Positions 12,866-23,577 are shown, numbered from the stretch's first letter. The stretch is DNA of 64,000 nucleotides from Candidatus Staskawiczbacteria bacterium (GCA_963756225.1 CAVWMZ010000004.1:3412-67411); one strand, 5' to 3'. Program-made: numbers and translations. Notes: generated from the sequence alone by a model not told the origin.

Positions 12866-14477
12866 AACATTTATTTTATTAAGCGCATTTTGGTTTATTT
12901 GGGAACTAAAATATGTTTTATTTTGGTTGTATTTATGGCAGTTAAAAGAATATCACGTAGGCAGATTTATAGATCATTTTAGAACTGCTAAGGGCAAGAA
13001 ACTGATATTTAGTTATGAGCAAATTTTAAAGTTATTTTTGCTTATTTTATTAATTTTAGATCAGGGGTTACTTAATCCCATATTATATCTTGCGCTTATA
13101 CTTTATTTCGCTGAATTGGTTTTATTTTTGAAGGTAATTTTTAATAAAGCATTAAAAACTCCTAAAAAAACTCTAAAAACTCTGATTTTAATAGTGGCAT
13201 CTTTTGCAGTCGCGGTTTTGTTTTTGTTTTGGGTGGCAAGGTTTAAAGCCTTGTCTCAGCTAGCACTTCTTTTGGGTTTTGACATTTTAACTCCAATAAT
13301 TATTTCCGTGGTTGTGCTTTTGTTTCAACCAGCTTTTGTGTTTTTCAGGAATAATATTCTAAAAAAGGCCGCAGAAAAAATTGAAAGAATAAATCAATCA
13401 GGTCAGCTTAAAGTTATTGTTATTACCGGTAGTTATGGCAAAACATCAACTAAAGAATTTTTATCTACTATACTTTCTAAAAAATTTAAGGTCTTAAAAA
13501 CAAATAATCACCAAAATTCTGAAATTGGAATTGCAAGATGTATCTTAGATAATTTAAATTCAAGCCATCAAATTTTTATTGCCGAAGTGGGTGCCTATAA
13601 TAAAGAAAAAGTAAAAGAGGTTTGTGCGATGATAAAGCCCGAGATTGGAATAGTAACCGGAGTTAATGAGCAGCACCTGGCGCTTTTCGGTTCTCTTGAA
13701 AATTTGCTCTCAGCTGAGGGTGGGGGCGAGCTAGTTGACGCGTTACCTAAAAGCGGATTGTTGGTTGTCAACGGAGATAACAAATATTGCTTAGATCTTT
13801 ACAGAAGAGCAAATATAAAGAAAAAAATTTATAGCTTGGATACTAAGATAACAGATTCTGATCTTTGGTCTGAAAGCATTACGGTATCTAGAGACGGGGT
13901 TTCTTTTTTAACCATAGATAGGTCTGGCAATCTGAATCATTTTGGGGTGAAGGTATTGGGCAAACAAAATGTGCAGAATCTTTTAGGAGCCATTTTGGTT
14001 GCCAGGGAGTTTGGCATGAGCTTTGAAGATATTTCTGACGCCTGTAAAGATATTTCTCAAGAAGCCGCAGGAATGACCATAAAAAACGGAAAGCATGGTA
14101 TAGATATTATAGATTCATCATATTCCTCTAACCCCGATGGAGTTTTTGCCGAATTAGACTATCTTTCAATTTTTCATAATAAAAAAGTTATTATAATGCC
14201 GTGCTTGATAGAGCTAGGCGATAAGTCATCCAAAATTCACTCAAAAATAGGCAAAAAAATAGGGAAAGTTTGTGATTTGGCGATAATAACGACTGAAGAT
14301 AAGTTTAAAGAAATAAAGAATGGAGCTATGAAATCGGGCATGGACGAAAAGAATATTATATTATGTAGCAGTCCCCAAGATATTTATTCAATAGTCTCTC
14401 TTTTCTGTAAGCCAAATGGAGCTGTTTTGCTCGAAGGTCGAGTTCCACCAGGGTTAATAGACCTATTAAAATCATGA
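12858..14477 (+). CDS. murF: Mur ligase family protein (MurF-like) with an N-terminal polytopic membrane domain
   Basis: ITGSYGKTSTKE P-loop and DSSYSSNP near the C-terminus. The first approx. 170 aa are hydrophobic TM segments. Confidence 0.65.
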   Translation: MSKTFILLSAFWFIWELKYVLFWLYLWQLKEYHVGRFIDHFRTAKGKKLIFSYEQILKLFLLILLILDQGLLNPILYLALILYFAELVLFLKVIFNKALKTPKKTLKTLILIVASFAVAVLFLFWVARFKALSQLALLLGFDILTPIIISVVVLLFQPAFVFFRNNILKKAAEKIERINQSGQLKVIVITGSYGKTSTKEFLSTILSKKFKVLKTNNHQNSEIGIARCILDNLNSSHQIFIAEVGAYNKEKVKEVCAMIKPEIGIVTGVNEQHLALFGSLENLLSAEGGGELVDALPKSGLLVVNGDNKYCLDLYRRANIKKKIYSLDTKITDSDLWSESITVSRDGVSFLTIDRSGNLNHFGVKVLGKQNVQNLLGAILVAREFGMSFEDISDACKDISQEAAGMTIKNGKHGIDIIDSSYSSNPDGVFAELDYLSIFHNKKVIIMPCLIELGDKSSKIHSKIGKKIGKVCDLAIITTEDKFKEIKNGAMKSGMDEKNIILCSSPQDIYSIVSLFCKPNGAVLLEGRVPPGLIDLLKS

Positions 14478-15727
14478 GTTACTTTAGACCAATATCAATA
14501 TCATTATCTCCGAACATTGAAAAAGATGATTTACGCGTTGCCTTAAATCTAATAATTCGGCCATGGTTATGGAAGAAGGGCAAAGCCATTGAAGAGTTAG
14601 AAAATAAATTTAAAAATTATCTTGGAGTGAAATATGCTTTTTCTTTTAACTCCGGAAGAAGTTCTTTTTATGCAATTTTAAAGTCTTTAAATATTTAGAA
14701 AGGCAGCGATGTTTTACTGCAAGCTTTTACATGTAATGCCGTGCCAAACCCTATTTTGTGGGCAGACTTGAATCCAATTTATGTTGACTGTAATAAAGAA
14801 GATTTCAATATTGATATCGAAGATTTAAAAAATAAAATTACGCCTAAATCTAAAATTTTAGTTATTCAGCACACTTTTGGAATGCCCGCGGATATAAGTG
14901 GGGCTGTGTCAGTCGCAAAGCAAAATAATCTGATTTTAATTGAGGACTGCGCGCATTCCCTGGGCGCAAAATTTAATAATCAAAAAGTTGGTACCTTCGG
15001 AAAGTTTTCTTTTTTCAGTTTTTCTAGAGATAAAATAATTTCCTCTGTTTATGGTGGAATGGCGGTAACAAATGATGATATTGTTGGCGAAAAGCTAAAA
15101 GAGTTGCAAAAAAGATTCGGTATGCCTTCAAATTTTTGGATTTTTCAGCAGATTTTTCATCCGATTTTATTAAATTATGTTATTTTACCAATTTATAATT
15201 TTTTAGATTTAGGAAAAATATTTTTAGTTTTATCTCAATTTTTTCACATTTTATCTAAGGCGGTTTCTTGGCAGGAGAAGAGGGGACAAAGACCGGATTA
15301 TTTTCCAAAAGCTTTGCCTAATGCATTGGCCGTTATGGCTTTGAATCAATTTAATAAATTAGAAAAATTTAATAATCACAGGAGAATAATATCCGATTAT
15401 TACTTCGAAAATTTAAAAGACACTAATATAAAATTACCTAGAAAGTTTGATAATAGGGGAAATGTTTTTTTACGTTTTGCCATAGAGCACAAGAAAGCTC
15501 ATGATATAATTTATGATGCCTGGCATAAGCAAAATATATTGCTTGGAGATTGGTATACAACACCGATTGCTCCGTTTGATACAAAAATTGAGGAAATAAG
15601 ATATACCTCTGGTAGTTGTAGGAATGCTGAGGATTTGGCAAAAATAACATTAAACTTGCCAACTCATATAAATATTTCTCAAAAAGACGCCGAACGAATA
15701 GTTAATTTTTTAAAAAACTACAAATAA
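14474..15727 (+). pseudogene. DegT/DnrJ/EryC1/StrS-family PLP aminotransferase interrupted by one in-frame TAG
   Basis: Track ORFs 14474-14698 and 14741-15727 are in the same frame. The TAG is at 14696-14698 (..LNI*KGSDVLLQAFTCNAV..). The PLP-lysine context FSFSRDK is present. Confidence 0.8.
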
Positions 15728-15729
15728 CT

Positions 15730-16767
15730 ATGGAATTAAAAGAGCTGATTAATAAAGACGAATGGGAAAATTTTTTATTACAAAGGTCAGAAAAAACCTT
15801 TCTGCAATCGTGGAATTGGGGCGATTTTAACGAGAAAGCGGGCGGGAAAATTTGGAGATTCGGAGCGTATAATGAAGGAAAGCTGATGGGGGTCGCCCTG
15901 GTTCTGAAGGTTTCAGCAAAAAGAGGAACGTTTTTATTTATTCCCCATGGTCCTGTTTTAATTGAAGAGTTACCACCAAAAGATAAAAAAGAAATTTTGG
16001 AATTAATTGTATTGCAACTAAGTGATGTCGCCAAAAAAGAAAAGGCGAGTTTTATAAGGGTTTCGTCACTTTTTTTAGAAACTGAGGAAAATAAAGATAT
16101 TTTTATTGATTTAGGTTTTAGATTTTCTCCAATGCACGCTTCAGCCTATGAGGCAACATGGAAATTAGATATTTATCCCTCAGATGAAGACCTTCTAAAG
16201 AATATGCGTAAAACAACGCGATATTTGATAAAAAAAGCTTCAGAAAATCCCGATATTTCAATAGAAAAAAGCCAAGAGCAAAAAAATGTTGAGGTGTATC
16301 AAAAGCTTAATAAAGAGGTTTCAAAAAGGCAAAGATTCGTTCCGTTTTCAGACGATTTTATAAAAAATGAATTTGAAATATTTAACAAAGATAACGAAAT
16401 AGTTTTTCTGTTTGGAAAGTATAAGGGGGAGGTGGCAGCCGGAGCGATGATTATTTTTTGGTCTGGTACGGCTTTTTATCATCAGGCGGCTTCTTTGGGT
16501 AAGTTTTCTAAATTTTCAATACCATATTTATTGCAATGGGAAGCCATTAAAGAGGCCAAAAGCCGAGGTTGCAAAATTTATGATTTCTGGGGACACACCG
16601 ATCCTGAAAAATTTCCGAAACATCCCTGGGCCGGACCAACGTTATTTAAAATGGGTTTTGGCGGCTACAAAGAAGAGTATATTAAAACTCAAGATTTTGT
16701 TATTTCAAAAAAATATTGGATTAATTATATAATAGAAAGTATTAGAAAAAGGAAGAGAAATTTATAA
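15730..16767 (+). CDS. FemAB-family peptidoglycan bridge-forming aminoacyltransferase
   Basis: N-terminal FLQSWNWGDF signature. Length and peptidoglycan-synthesis context fit the FemX/MurM family. Confidence 0.7.
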   Translation: MELKELINKDEWENFLLQRSEKTFLQSWNWGDFNEKAGGKIWRFGAYNEGKLMGVALVLKVSAKRGTFLFIPHGPVLIEELPPKDKKEILELIVLQLSDVAKKEKASFIRVSSLFLETEENKDIFIDLGFRFSPMHASAYEATWKLDIYPSDEDLLKNMRKTTRYLIKKASENPDISIEKSQEQKNVEVYQKLNKEVSKRQRFVPFSDDFIKNEFEIFNKDNEIVFLFGKYKGEVAAGAMIIFWSGTAFYHQAASLGKFSKFSIPYLLQWEAIKEAKSRGCKIYDFWGHTDPEKFPKHPWAGPTLFKMGFGGYKEEYIKTQDFVISKKYWINYIIESIRKRKRNL

Positions 16768-17645
16768 TGCCATCGTATAGGAAGAAAAATATAAAATCAA
16801 AAATTCACAAAATAAAGCCTAGAAAATCTATACTTAAAAGGCGTTGGTTTTGGTTCTCGATTTTAATTTTAATAATTGTTTCGGTTATAATTTATTTTTC
16901 TTTTTTTTACTCCGGGTTTCAATTAAAGAATATTATAATTTCAGGCAATATTAAAGTAAAGACCTCTAATTTATATAGCGTCGCCTACGAAGACGCCAAT
17001 ACAAACTTGATTAGCTTGGGAAAGATAAAAATAACGTCGCGAAGTATTTTCTGGATTGACGAGAGCAGAATTAATAGAGATATTTTGGCACAGTTTCCAG
17101 ACGTTGAGAGGTTAACAATGAATAGAGATTTCCCCCAGACCCTAGTTTTAGTAGTACAAGAGCGAAAACCAGTCGGGGTTTTTTGCCCCTCTTCGTCGGA
17201 TGATTTTTCAGCGCAAACCAACTTAGGCTGTTTTTTAATTGATCAGAGCGGGGTTATTTTTAATCCGCTTGCAGTGATAACGTCGGGTATGACAATTGTG
17301 CGAGAAAATATGGGTGATAGCCAGGTTTATGCGGGCCAAGGAGTCGTGACAAAGAATGCAATAAGTGCGATTGCCAAGATCCAAAAAACCCTAAAGGATG
17401 ATTTTCAAATAGACCTGACACAGGCATTAATCACAGGTCCAGTAAGACTGAATATAGACACGGGTGAAAATTGGCATATTTATTTTGATTTAAGCCCCGA
17501 CTCTAGCGTTGACACTCAGCTTTCCGAGTTAGGGTTGCTTTTGAACGGTGGGATTTCCGCAGACAGTAGGAAGAATTTACGGTACATAGATTTAAGACCA
17601 AAAGATAGGGCTATCGTCTGCGACAATAAAGTCTGTGGCGGCTAA
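16767..17645 (+). CDS. ftsQ: Cell division protein FtsQ/DivIB-like (POTRA domain)
   Basis: TM anchor followed by POTRA-like IIISGN...FPDVERL..RDFPQTLVLVVQERKPV. Confidence 0.7.
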   Translation: MPSYRKKNIKSKIHKIKPRKSILKRRWFWFSILILIIVSVIIYFSFFYSGFQLKNIIISGNIKVKTSNLYSVAYEDANTNLISLGKIKITSRSIFWIDESRINRDILAQFPDVERLTMNRDFPQTLVLVVQERKPVGVFCPSSSDDFSAQTNLGCFLIDQSGVIFNPLAVITSGMTIVRENMGDSQVYAGQGVVTKNAISAIAKIQKTLKDDFQIDLTQALITGPVRLNIDTGENWHIYFDLSPDSSVDTQLSELGLLLNGGISADSRKNLRYIDLRPKDRAIVCDNKVCGG

Positions 17646-17756
17646 AACGAGCCACATGGAAAAAGATTGGTTCAGATGAAATATTTCTGGCTTTTTTATT
17701 GCATAAATGCAGATTTGTGGCAGAATTAAAGTGGGGAAGTTTGCGCGGTCAAATTA

Positions 17757-17785
17757 TTGACAAAAGAATAATAATAATGTATAAT
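17757..17785 (+). promoter_or_regulatory. Consensus sigma70-type promoter
   Basis: TTGACA (17757-17762), a 17-nt spacer, then TATAAT (17780-17785). Lies 16 nt upstream of the 17802 ATG. Confidence 0.7.
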
Positions 17786-17801
17786 CAATTATATTAAATA
17801 T

Positions 17802-18884
17802 ATGGATTATTCTTTAAAAGAGGACCTTATCGAACATTTTTTTGATAAAATAAAAAGTTTGATTTTGCCTTCAGAGAACAATAATTATAAGTTGAAGTTT
17901 TTACAAAGTAGGTTTTTGTTATACTGTGCTGTTTTGCTTTTGACGCTTAAATTTATTACTACACTGATTTCAATTAACGTTCCTGCGAATATATTTTTTG
18001 CCGATATAACAAAATTAGCTCTTGAAAACTCTGTTAACCAAACGAGGCAATCTGTAGGATTAGCGCCGTTAGCGGAGAATACAAAATTAGATCAAGCTGC
18101 GGCAGCGAAAGCGAAAAATATGGTACAGGATGATTATTTTAATCACACTAGCCCCACAGGAGTTACGCCATGGTTTTGGTTTTTACAGGCTGGATATAAT
18201 TACAAATATGCGGGAGAAAATTTAGCTGTTGGTTTTTATGATTCACAGGAAGTTTATAATGCCTGGTTAAATTCACCATCACATAAAGCAAATATTGTAA
18301 ATCCTAACTACACAGAAGTTGGAACAGCTATATTAAACGGATTTGGTGGAGGCAATACAATCGTGGTTGTGCAAGAATTCGGCAGTCAATTGCCAGGAAA
18401 AACAACTACAGTTAAAACCAATGCTACAAAACCAATTATAAGCACCAACACCAAGCCCGCTAGTACGCAAGTCGTTAGCAAACCGACCACAAGCAAGCAG
18501 GTTGCCAGCACGCCGGCGGCGAATACGCAAACCACAACTACTCCGCAGGTAGTAAATAATAACAATAATGGACAGGTATTATCTCAATCAACACAAGCGA
18601 GCACCGCTATAGTAGCTTCAAATGGAACTAGCTCAAATAGTTTATTTTCAAAGGTTATGAGCTCCGCCCTGTATAATTCTGATATATGGTTGCAGGACGT
18701 TATTTATGGGTTGTCTTTAATTGTTATAGGCATATTATTAACTTTGATATTTTTTAATTTTAATATTAATTTTAGAAAACAGCTTATTTTTAGAGCGGTA
18801 CTAATAGTGGGATTATTATCGGTAGCAACGCTTTTAAACAAAGAGATAATACTTTCTCTTATCCCGCATCAAATATTTATTTAA
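17802..18884 (+). CDS. CAP/SCP-domain protein with Thr/Gln-rich linker and C-terminal TM segments
   Basis: CAP-domain motifs (NHTSPTG, GENLA, SPSHKANI). Confidence 0.7.
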   Translation: MDYSLKEDLIEHFFDKIKSLILPSENNNYKLKFLQSRFLLYCAVLLLTLKFITTLISINVPANIFFADITKLALENSVNQTRQSVGLAPLAENTKLDQAAAAKAKNMVQDDYFNHTSPTGVTPWFWFLQAGYNYKYAGENLAVGFYDSQEVYNAWLNSPSHKANIVNPNYTEVGTAILNGFGGGNTIVVVQEFGSQLPGKTTTVKTNATKPIISTNTKPASTQVVSKPTTSKQVASTPAANTQTTTTPQVVNNNNNGQVLSQSTQASTAIVASNGTSSNSLFSKVMSSALYNSDIWLQDVIYGLSLIVIGILLTLIFFNFNINFRKQLIFRAVLIVGLLSVATLLNKEIILSLIPHQIFI

Positions 18885-18888
18885 TTTT

Positions 18889-19620
18889 ATGGACAAGAAA
18901 AATGCTAAGAAAATCTTAAAAGTAGCCATCCTGATATACGCAGTAAGCTTTTTGGTTATAAATTGGAGCGACGTTTCTTGGATTTTTAATTATCAAGAAG
19001 TCTCAGGGCTAATAAGTGATTTTTTTAATCCATATCCGTCAATAGATGCTTCAACAATGGATACATATTTTTATCCTAATCATAGCCAGGATATTGTAGC
19101 CGCAGATCAACCAGTTGCGACTCCGGTGGCAACAGTTCAACCAGTAGCAACCCAGGTATTACAAAATATTACTACCGGCTATACAGACAAGCAAAATACA
19201 TTGGAAATTCCTAAAATTTCTATTTCGGTTCCAATAGTTTTCGCAGACAGCACAGATAAAACAGTACTTGCGAAGGATTTGGATTTGGGAACAGTTTATT
19301 ATCCGGGCTCTGTATATCCTGGTCAGGCGGGACAGATTATAATTTTGGGGCATTCGGCTCCCCCAGGTTGGCCAACAATAAAACATGATTGGGTTTTCAC
19401 TAATTTGGATAAATTATCAGCCGGTGACCAAATTTTAATTGACTTAAATAACAAGCAATATACATATATAGTCAAGGGGAAAACCATAATAAAAAGGGGC
19501 GCAGATGTTCCGCAAGACGCCTTAGCTCCAGATAGCAACGTTCTAACCCTAATTAGTTGTTGGCCACCAGGGAAAGACTATCAAAGAATCACCGTTCAAG
19601 CCGAGTTGCAAAATGGCTAA
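18889..19620 (+). CDS. Sortase-family transpeptidase
   Basis: N-terminal TM, GHS histidine, TLISCWP (TLxTC catalytic Cys), and a C-terminal conserved Arg context. Confidence 0.75.
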   Translation: MDKKNAKKILKVAILIYAVSFLVINWSDVSWIFNYQEVSGLISDFFNPYPSIDASTMDTYFYPNHSQDIVAADQPVATPVATVQPVATQVLQNITTGYTDKQNTLEIPKISISVPIVFADSTDKTVLAKDLDLGTVYYPGSVYPGQAGQIIILGHSAPPGWPTIKHDWVFTNLDKLSAGDQILIDLNNKQYTYIVKGKTIIKRGADVPQDALAPDSNVLTLISCWPPGKDYQRITVQAELQNG

Positions 19621-19683
19621 AATATATTGACGGCCTCTATGAAATATGTTAGAACGTAGTATATAAGTTTTTAATATAAAAAT

Positions 19684-21366
19684 ATGAAAACAATGAATAA
19701 ATTAATTATCACGGGTGCTTTATTTTCAATGATGCTTGTTTTTGCGTTATTGATGCCTGGCGCTGTTCAGGCTCAGTCTTATGGCTGTACATACCACTCG
19801 TATGAGGGGTGCAGTGGCAATTATTTATATTGGTACGATTCTTGCGGTACTCAAGAGGACGAAATCCAGTATTGCTCTAGCGGTTGCTACAATAATTCAT
19901 GCCAAAACAATTATAATGGCAATTGTACCTCGAATTACCAGGAAAAATGTTCTGGGAATGGTTTATACTGGTATGATTCTTGCGGAAACCAGGGGGCATT
20001 GATCCAGAACTGTTCTAATGGTTGCTACAATGGCATTTGTCAAAATAATAATAACTATGGCAATTGTACCTCGAATTACCAGGAAAAATGTTTAGGCAAT
20101 AATCTTTATTGGTACGATTCGTGCGGAAACCAGCAGAACCTTGTTCAGTACTGTCCAAACGGATGCTACAATAATTCATGCCAGAACAATAACAATTACA
20201 ATTATAATAACTACGGCAATTGCACCTATCACTCCTATGAAAAATGTTCTGGGAATGGTTTATACTGGTATGATTCTTGCGGTAACCAGCAAGACTTAGT
20301 CCAGTATTGTAGTAATGGATGCTCCGGCAATTCCTGTGGATATAATAATTATAACAACAATAACTACTATAGTTATGGCAGTTGCGCATATCATGCCTAT
20401 AAGCTATGTTCGGGTAATAATATCTACTGGTATGATTCATGCGGAGATCAGCAGGACCTGTATTACAGCTGTGGAGGTGGACAGGTTTGCCAATATGGAC
20501 AATGCACCACATATGTAGCTCCGATACTGCCAGTTGTAGTTCAGCCGGCTAATAATTACGTATCACATTATAAAACAGCCTGCTATGATAGCTCAATTTA
20601 TTGGTACGATTCGCTTGGAGCACAAACCGGTCTAGATAAAAATTGTTCCGATGGCAATAGTTGTACATTAGACACATGTTCTGGCGACAAATGCTTGAAT
20701 ACTTTAAAGTGTGATGGATCTACTTGCGCAGTGGGTTCTGCGGATTATAATACTTATTGTTCAACCGCTCAAGGTGCTCCGACTCAGCCAGCTACAACAA
20801 ACAACCAAAATACTAGCACCAATACAAACATGGGGGCGTTGTCAATTTTATTTTTCTCAAAACAAAATTCAACTGATACCCAATGGCAAAAAACCGCTCA
20901 GGTAGGATCTAATGGTCAAGTCTATTTTATGATTACCGTGACCAACAACTCGGCCACCCAAATAGATAATGTAAATATTTCGGCCAATATTCCAAGCGAA
21001 GTATCTTCTTTGGGAAATTTACAGCTTAACGGAGTTCCGGTTTCTGGCGATATAGTTTCGGGAATTAATATTGGGTCTATCTCTCCATCTAGTACAAAAC
21101 CAATAACTTTTGAGGGTAAAACTCAAGCAATTTCAGCCGCTTCTACAAAGCAGGCCATTGCAACAAGCAACGTCTCAGGAGCAACGCAGTCTGATACCAT
21201 CTCATTAAGTTTCAATCCTAACCAGGCTACTGCCGCCGTTTCTTCGGCTCCAGCTACAAATGGTTTCTGGGAATTTATAAAACGTTGGTACTTGTGGATT
21301 TTAGTAATAGTTGTGCTAATTTTCTTGTTTGTAATCGTTTTCAGGCGACTTTCGTCTGAAGCTTAA
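19684..21366 (+). CDS. Secreted cysteine-rich tandem-repeat surface protein with a C-terminal TM anchor
   Basis: Signal peptide. Five full and one degenerate approx. 46-54 aa modules (C..Y..C.GN.LYWYDSCG.Q..L.QYC.NGC..NSC). A beta-sandwich-like region follows, then a hydrophobic tail ending in RR. Confidence 0.75.
   Translation: MKTMNKLIITGALFSMMLVFALLMPGAVQAQSYGCTYHSYEGCSGNYLYWYDSCGTQEDEIQYCSSGCYNNSCQNNYNGNCTSNYQEKCSGNGLYWYDSCGNQGALIQNCSNGCYNGICQNNNNYGNCTSNYQEKCLGNNLYWYDSCGNQQNLVQYCPNGCYNNSCQNNNNYNYNNYGNCTYHSYEKCSGNGLYWYDSCGNQQDLVQYCSNGCSGNSCGYNNYNNNNYYSYGSCAYHAYKLCSGNNIYWYDSCGDQQDLYYSCGGGQVCQYGQCTTYVAPILPVVVQPANNYVSHYKTACYDSSIYWYDSLGAQTGLDKNCSDGNSCTLDTCSGDKCLNTLKCDGSTCAVGSADYNTYCSTAQGAPTQPATTNNQNTSTNTNMGALSILFFSKQNSTDTQWQKTAQVGSNGQVYFMITVTNNSATQIDNVNISANIPSEVSSLGNLQLNGVPVSGDIVSGINIGSISPSSTKPITFEGKTQAISAASTKQAIATSNVSGATQSDTISLSFNPNQATAAVSSAPATNGFWEFIKRWYLWILVIVVLIFLFVIVFRRLSSEA
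19786..20520 (+). repeat. Tandem coding repeats (approx. 140-160 bp units) of the Cys-rich modules
   Basis: The YWYDSCGNQ-encoding segments recur five times. The antisense and alternative-frame ORFs here are artefacts. Confidence 0.8.
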
Positions 21367-21380
21367 TTAAATTTTTAGAA

Positions 21381-21416
21381 ACTGCCCCAAGGCCTTATGG
21401 TCATGGGGCAGTTTTG
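21381..21416 (+). terminator. Intrinsic terminator
   Basis: 9-bp stem ACTGCCCCA/TGGGGCAGT followed by a T-run. Confidence 0.75.
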
Positions 21417-21453
21417 ATTTCGTGATTATTTTTGCTATACTATACTATTAAAC

Positions 21454-22251
21454 ATGATTGGAATTTTTGATTCTGGTGTTGGGGGCTTAACGGTCGTTAA
21501 GGAGATTTTTAACTATTTACCCGATTATCAGATAATTTATTTTGGAGATTCGGCGCGCCTTCCATATGGTACGAGGGGGGCACGTTTCGTTAAAAAATAT
21601 TCCTGCAAAATAACAGATTGGCTTTTACGTAAAAATGCAAAAATAATTATTATAGCTTGTAATACGGCATCGTCTCTGGCTGCAGACTCATTGAAAAAAC
21701 AATTTAAAGGAATACCCGTTTTTGAAATGATAGACCCAGCTATAACGGGTGCATTGATTGCGACAAAGAACAAAAAAATTGGGATAATCGGCACCAGAGG
21801 AACAATAAAAAGCGGCGCTTATCAGAAAAAGTTTTTGAAAGCCGACCCTTCTGTGCAAATATTTGCAGAGGCTTGCCCGTTACTTGTTCCGCTCGTAGAA
21901 GAGGGGATGCTAGGCGACAAAGTTACATTGGAAATGTTAAATAAATACTTAAATCCTTTAAAAGAAAAGGGGATAGACACATTAGTTTTAGGTTGCACGC
22001 ATTATCCTTTACTAAAAATGGTAATTGAGAGTATGCTTGGTGACAATATAAAAGTTATTAATCCTGCAGAAATTTTAGCAAAAGAAATTAAGAAATATTT
22101 AGAAAAAAATCCAAAAGAGGCTAAAAAAATAAAGAAGGGAAGCGCTCACGGATTTTTCTTTTCAGACGAGCCTTATAATATAGAAAAGATAAGTCAGCTT
22201 TGTTTTAATAAAAAAATAGATTATATCGTTAAAGATCCTTTTAATGTCTAA
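21454..22251 (+). CDS. murI: Glutamate racemase
   Basis: IGIFDSGVGGLTV, ACNTAS and GCTHYP motifs. Confidence 0.9.
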   Translation: MIGIFDSGVGGLTVVKEIFNYLPDYQIIYFGDSARLPYGTRGARFVKKYSCKITDWLLRKNAKIIIIACNTASSLAADSLKKQFKGIPVFEMIDPAITGALIATKNKKIGIIGTRGTIKSGAYQKKFLKADPSVQIFAEACPLLVPLVEEGMLGDKVTLEMLNKYLNPLKEKGIDTLVLGCTHYPLLKMVIESMLGDNIKVINPAEILAKEIKKYLEKNPKEAKKIKKGSAHGFFFSDEPYNIEKISQLCFNKKIDYIVKDPFNV

Positions 22252-23577
22252 ACAATTATTTAAAAATAAAAAAGTTTTAATAATGGGTCTGGGTTTACAC
22301 GGCGGGGGAGTTGGCGTAGCTAAGTTTTTTTGCGCACAAGGAGCGGATGTTTTGGTTACAGATTTAAAATCAGAGGAGCAGTTAAAAGAGTCGTTAGAAA
22401 AATTAAAGAAGTTTAAAGTAAAATATAGATTAGGTGAGCACGAAGAAGCAGATTTTATTTCTTCAGATTTGATTATTAAAAATCCGGATGTTGCCAAGCA
22501 CTTCGCCATATTTAGAAATTGCAAGAAAAAATAATATTAAAATAGAGACAGACGTAAGTTTATTCTTTAAATTGTCGAAGGCGCTTATTATCGGCGTTAC
22601 GGGCACAAAAGGAAAATCAACTACCGCATCTTTAATTTATCACATTTTAAAAACAAAATATAAAGAATACATTTTTAGCGGGCAATATTGGTGTTTCTCC
22701 ATTAGAACTTTTAACGAAAATAAAAAATGGCGACAAGGTTATTTTAGAACTTTCCAGCTTTGAATTAGAGGGTTTGCCCCAAAGTCCAAATATATCCGTA
22801 ATTACAAATATAATGCCCGATCACCTTAACAGATATGCTAGCATGAAGGAGTACATAGAAGCTAAAAAAATAATTTTTAAATACCAAACAAATAAAGATT
22901 TTCTAATTTTAAATGGTGATGATCCGATTGCCAGAGAATTTTCCAAGCAAGCAGCTAGTCGAAGATTATTTTTTATTCAGCGAAAAGTGAATCAAAATTA
23001 ATTAACATAAATAATTTTAAATTATTTGGTGAGCACAATTTATCCAATCTTTCCGCCGCAATTGAGGTCGCTAAATTATTGAAAATTCCCACAAAAGCAA
23101 TTGAAAAATCTTTAGCAAACTTTTAAGGGAGTTTCGAGACGGCAGGAATTTGTTAAAGAGATCAACGGCGTAAAATATTTTAACGACACTACGGCAACAA
23201 TGCCCGAGGCCGCAATAACGGCAATAAATGCATTTTTAGGAAAATTTCCCAGATTCAAGATTGATTTTAATTTGTGGCGGTCAGAATAAGGGATTAAAAT
23301 ACAATGAGTTCGCAAAGATTATTAAAGAGAGGGTTGATGAAATAATTATGCTTCCAGGTACGGCATCTGATAAAATAAAAGAAGGCCTTGGGGATTACAC
23401 AAGAATGCATGAAGTTTCTTCAATGCAGGAAGCCGTAAAAATGCTAAAGAATTAGCCAAAAAGGGAGACATCGTTATACTTTCTCCCGGAGCAGCAAGTT
23501 TTAATTTATTTAAAAATGAATTTGACAGAGGAAAACAATTTGTAGAGGCCGTATCTAACCTTCAAGTAATATTATAA
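22244..23577 (+). pseudogene. murD: UDP-N-acetylmuramoylalanine--D-glutamate ligase, at least 6 frameshifts as sequenced
   Basis: Frame-hopping restores GLGLHGGG, GVTGTKGKSTT, NIMPDHLNRY, FNDTTATMPEA, ICGGQNKG and SPGAASF. Breaks are near 22490, 22680, 22985, 23125, 23260 and 23440. Confidence 0.8.

Noticed and set aside
19781-20518. Track ORFs 19781-20002, 20015-20512 and 20315-20518
   Set aside because: These are alternative-frame or antisense artefacts of the tandem Cys-rich coding repeats. The 560-aa frame has a signal peptide and a consistent repeat structure.
18889-21366. Canonical LPXTG sorting signal in the proteins flanking the sortase
   Set aside because: None was found. Only a non-canonical ..PATNG.. 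precedes the C-terminal TM helix of the Cys-rich protein, so the sortase-substrate link stays hypothetical.
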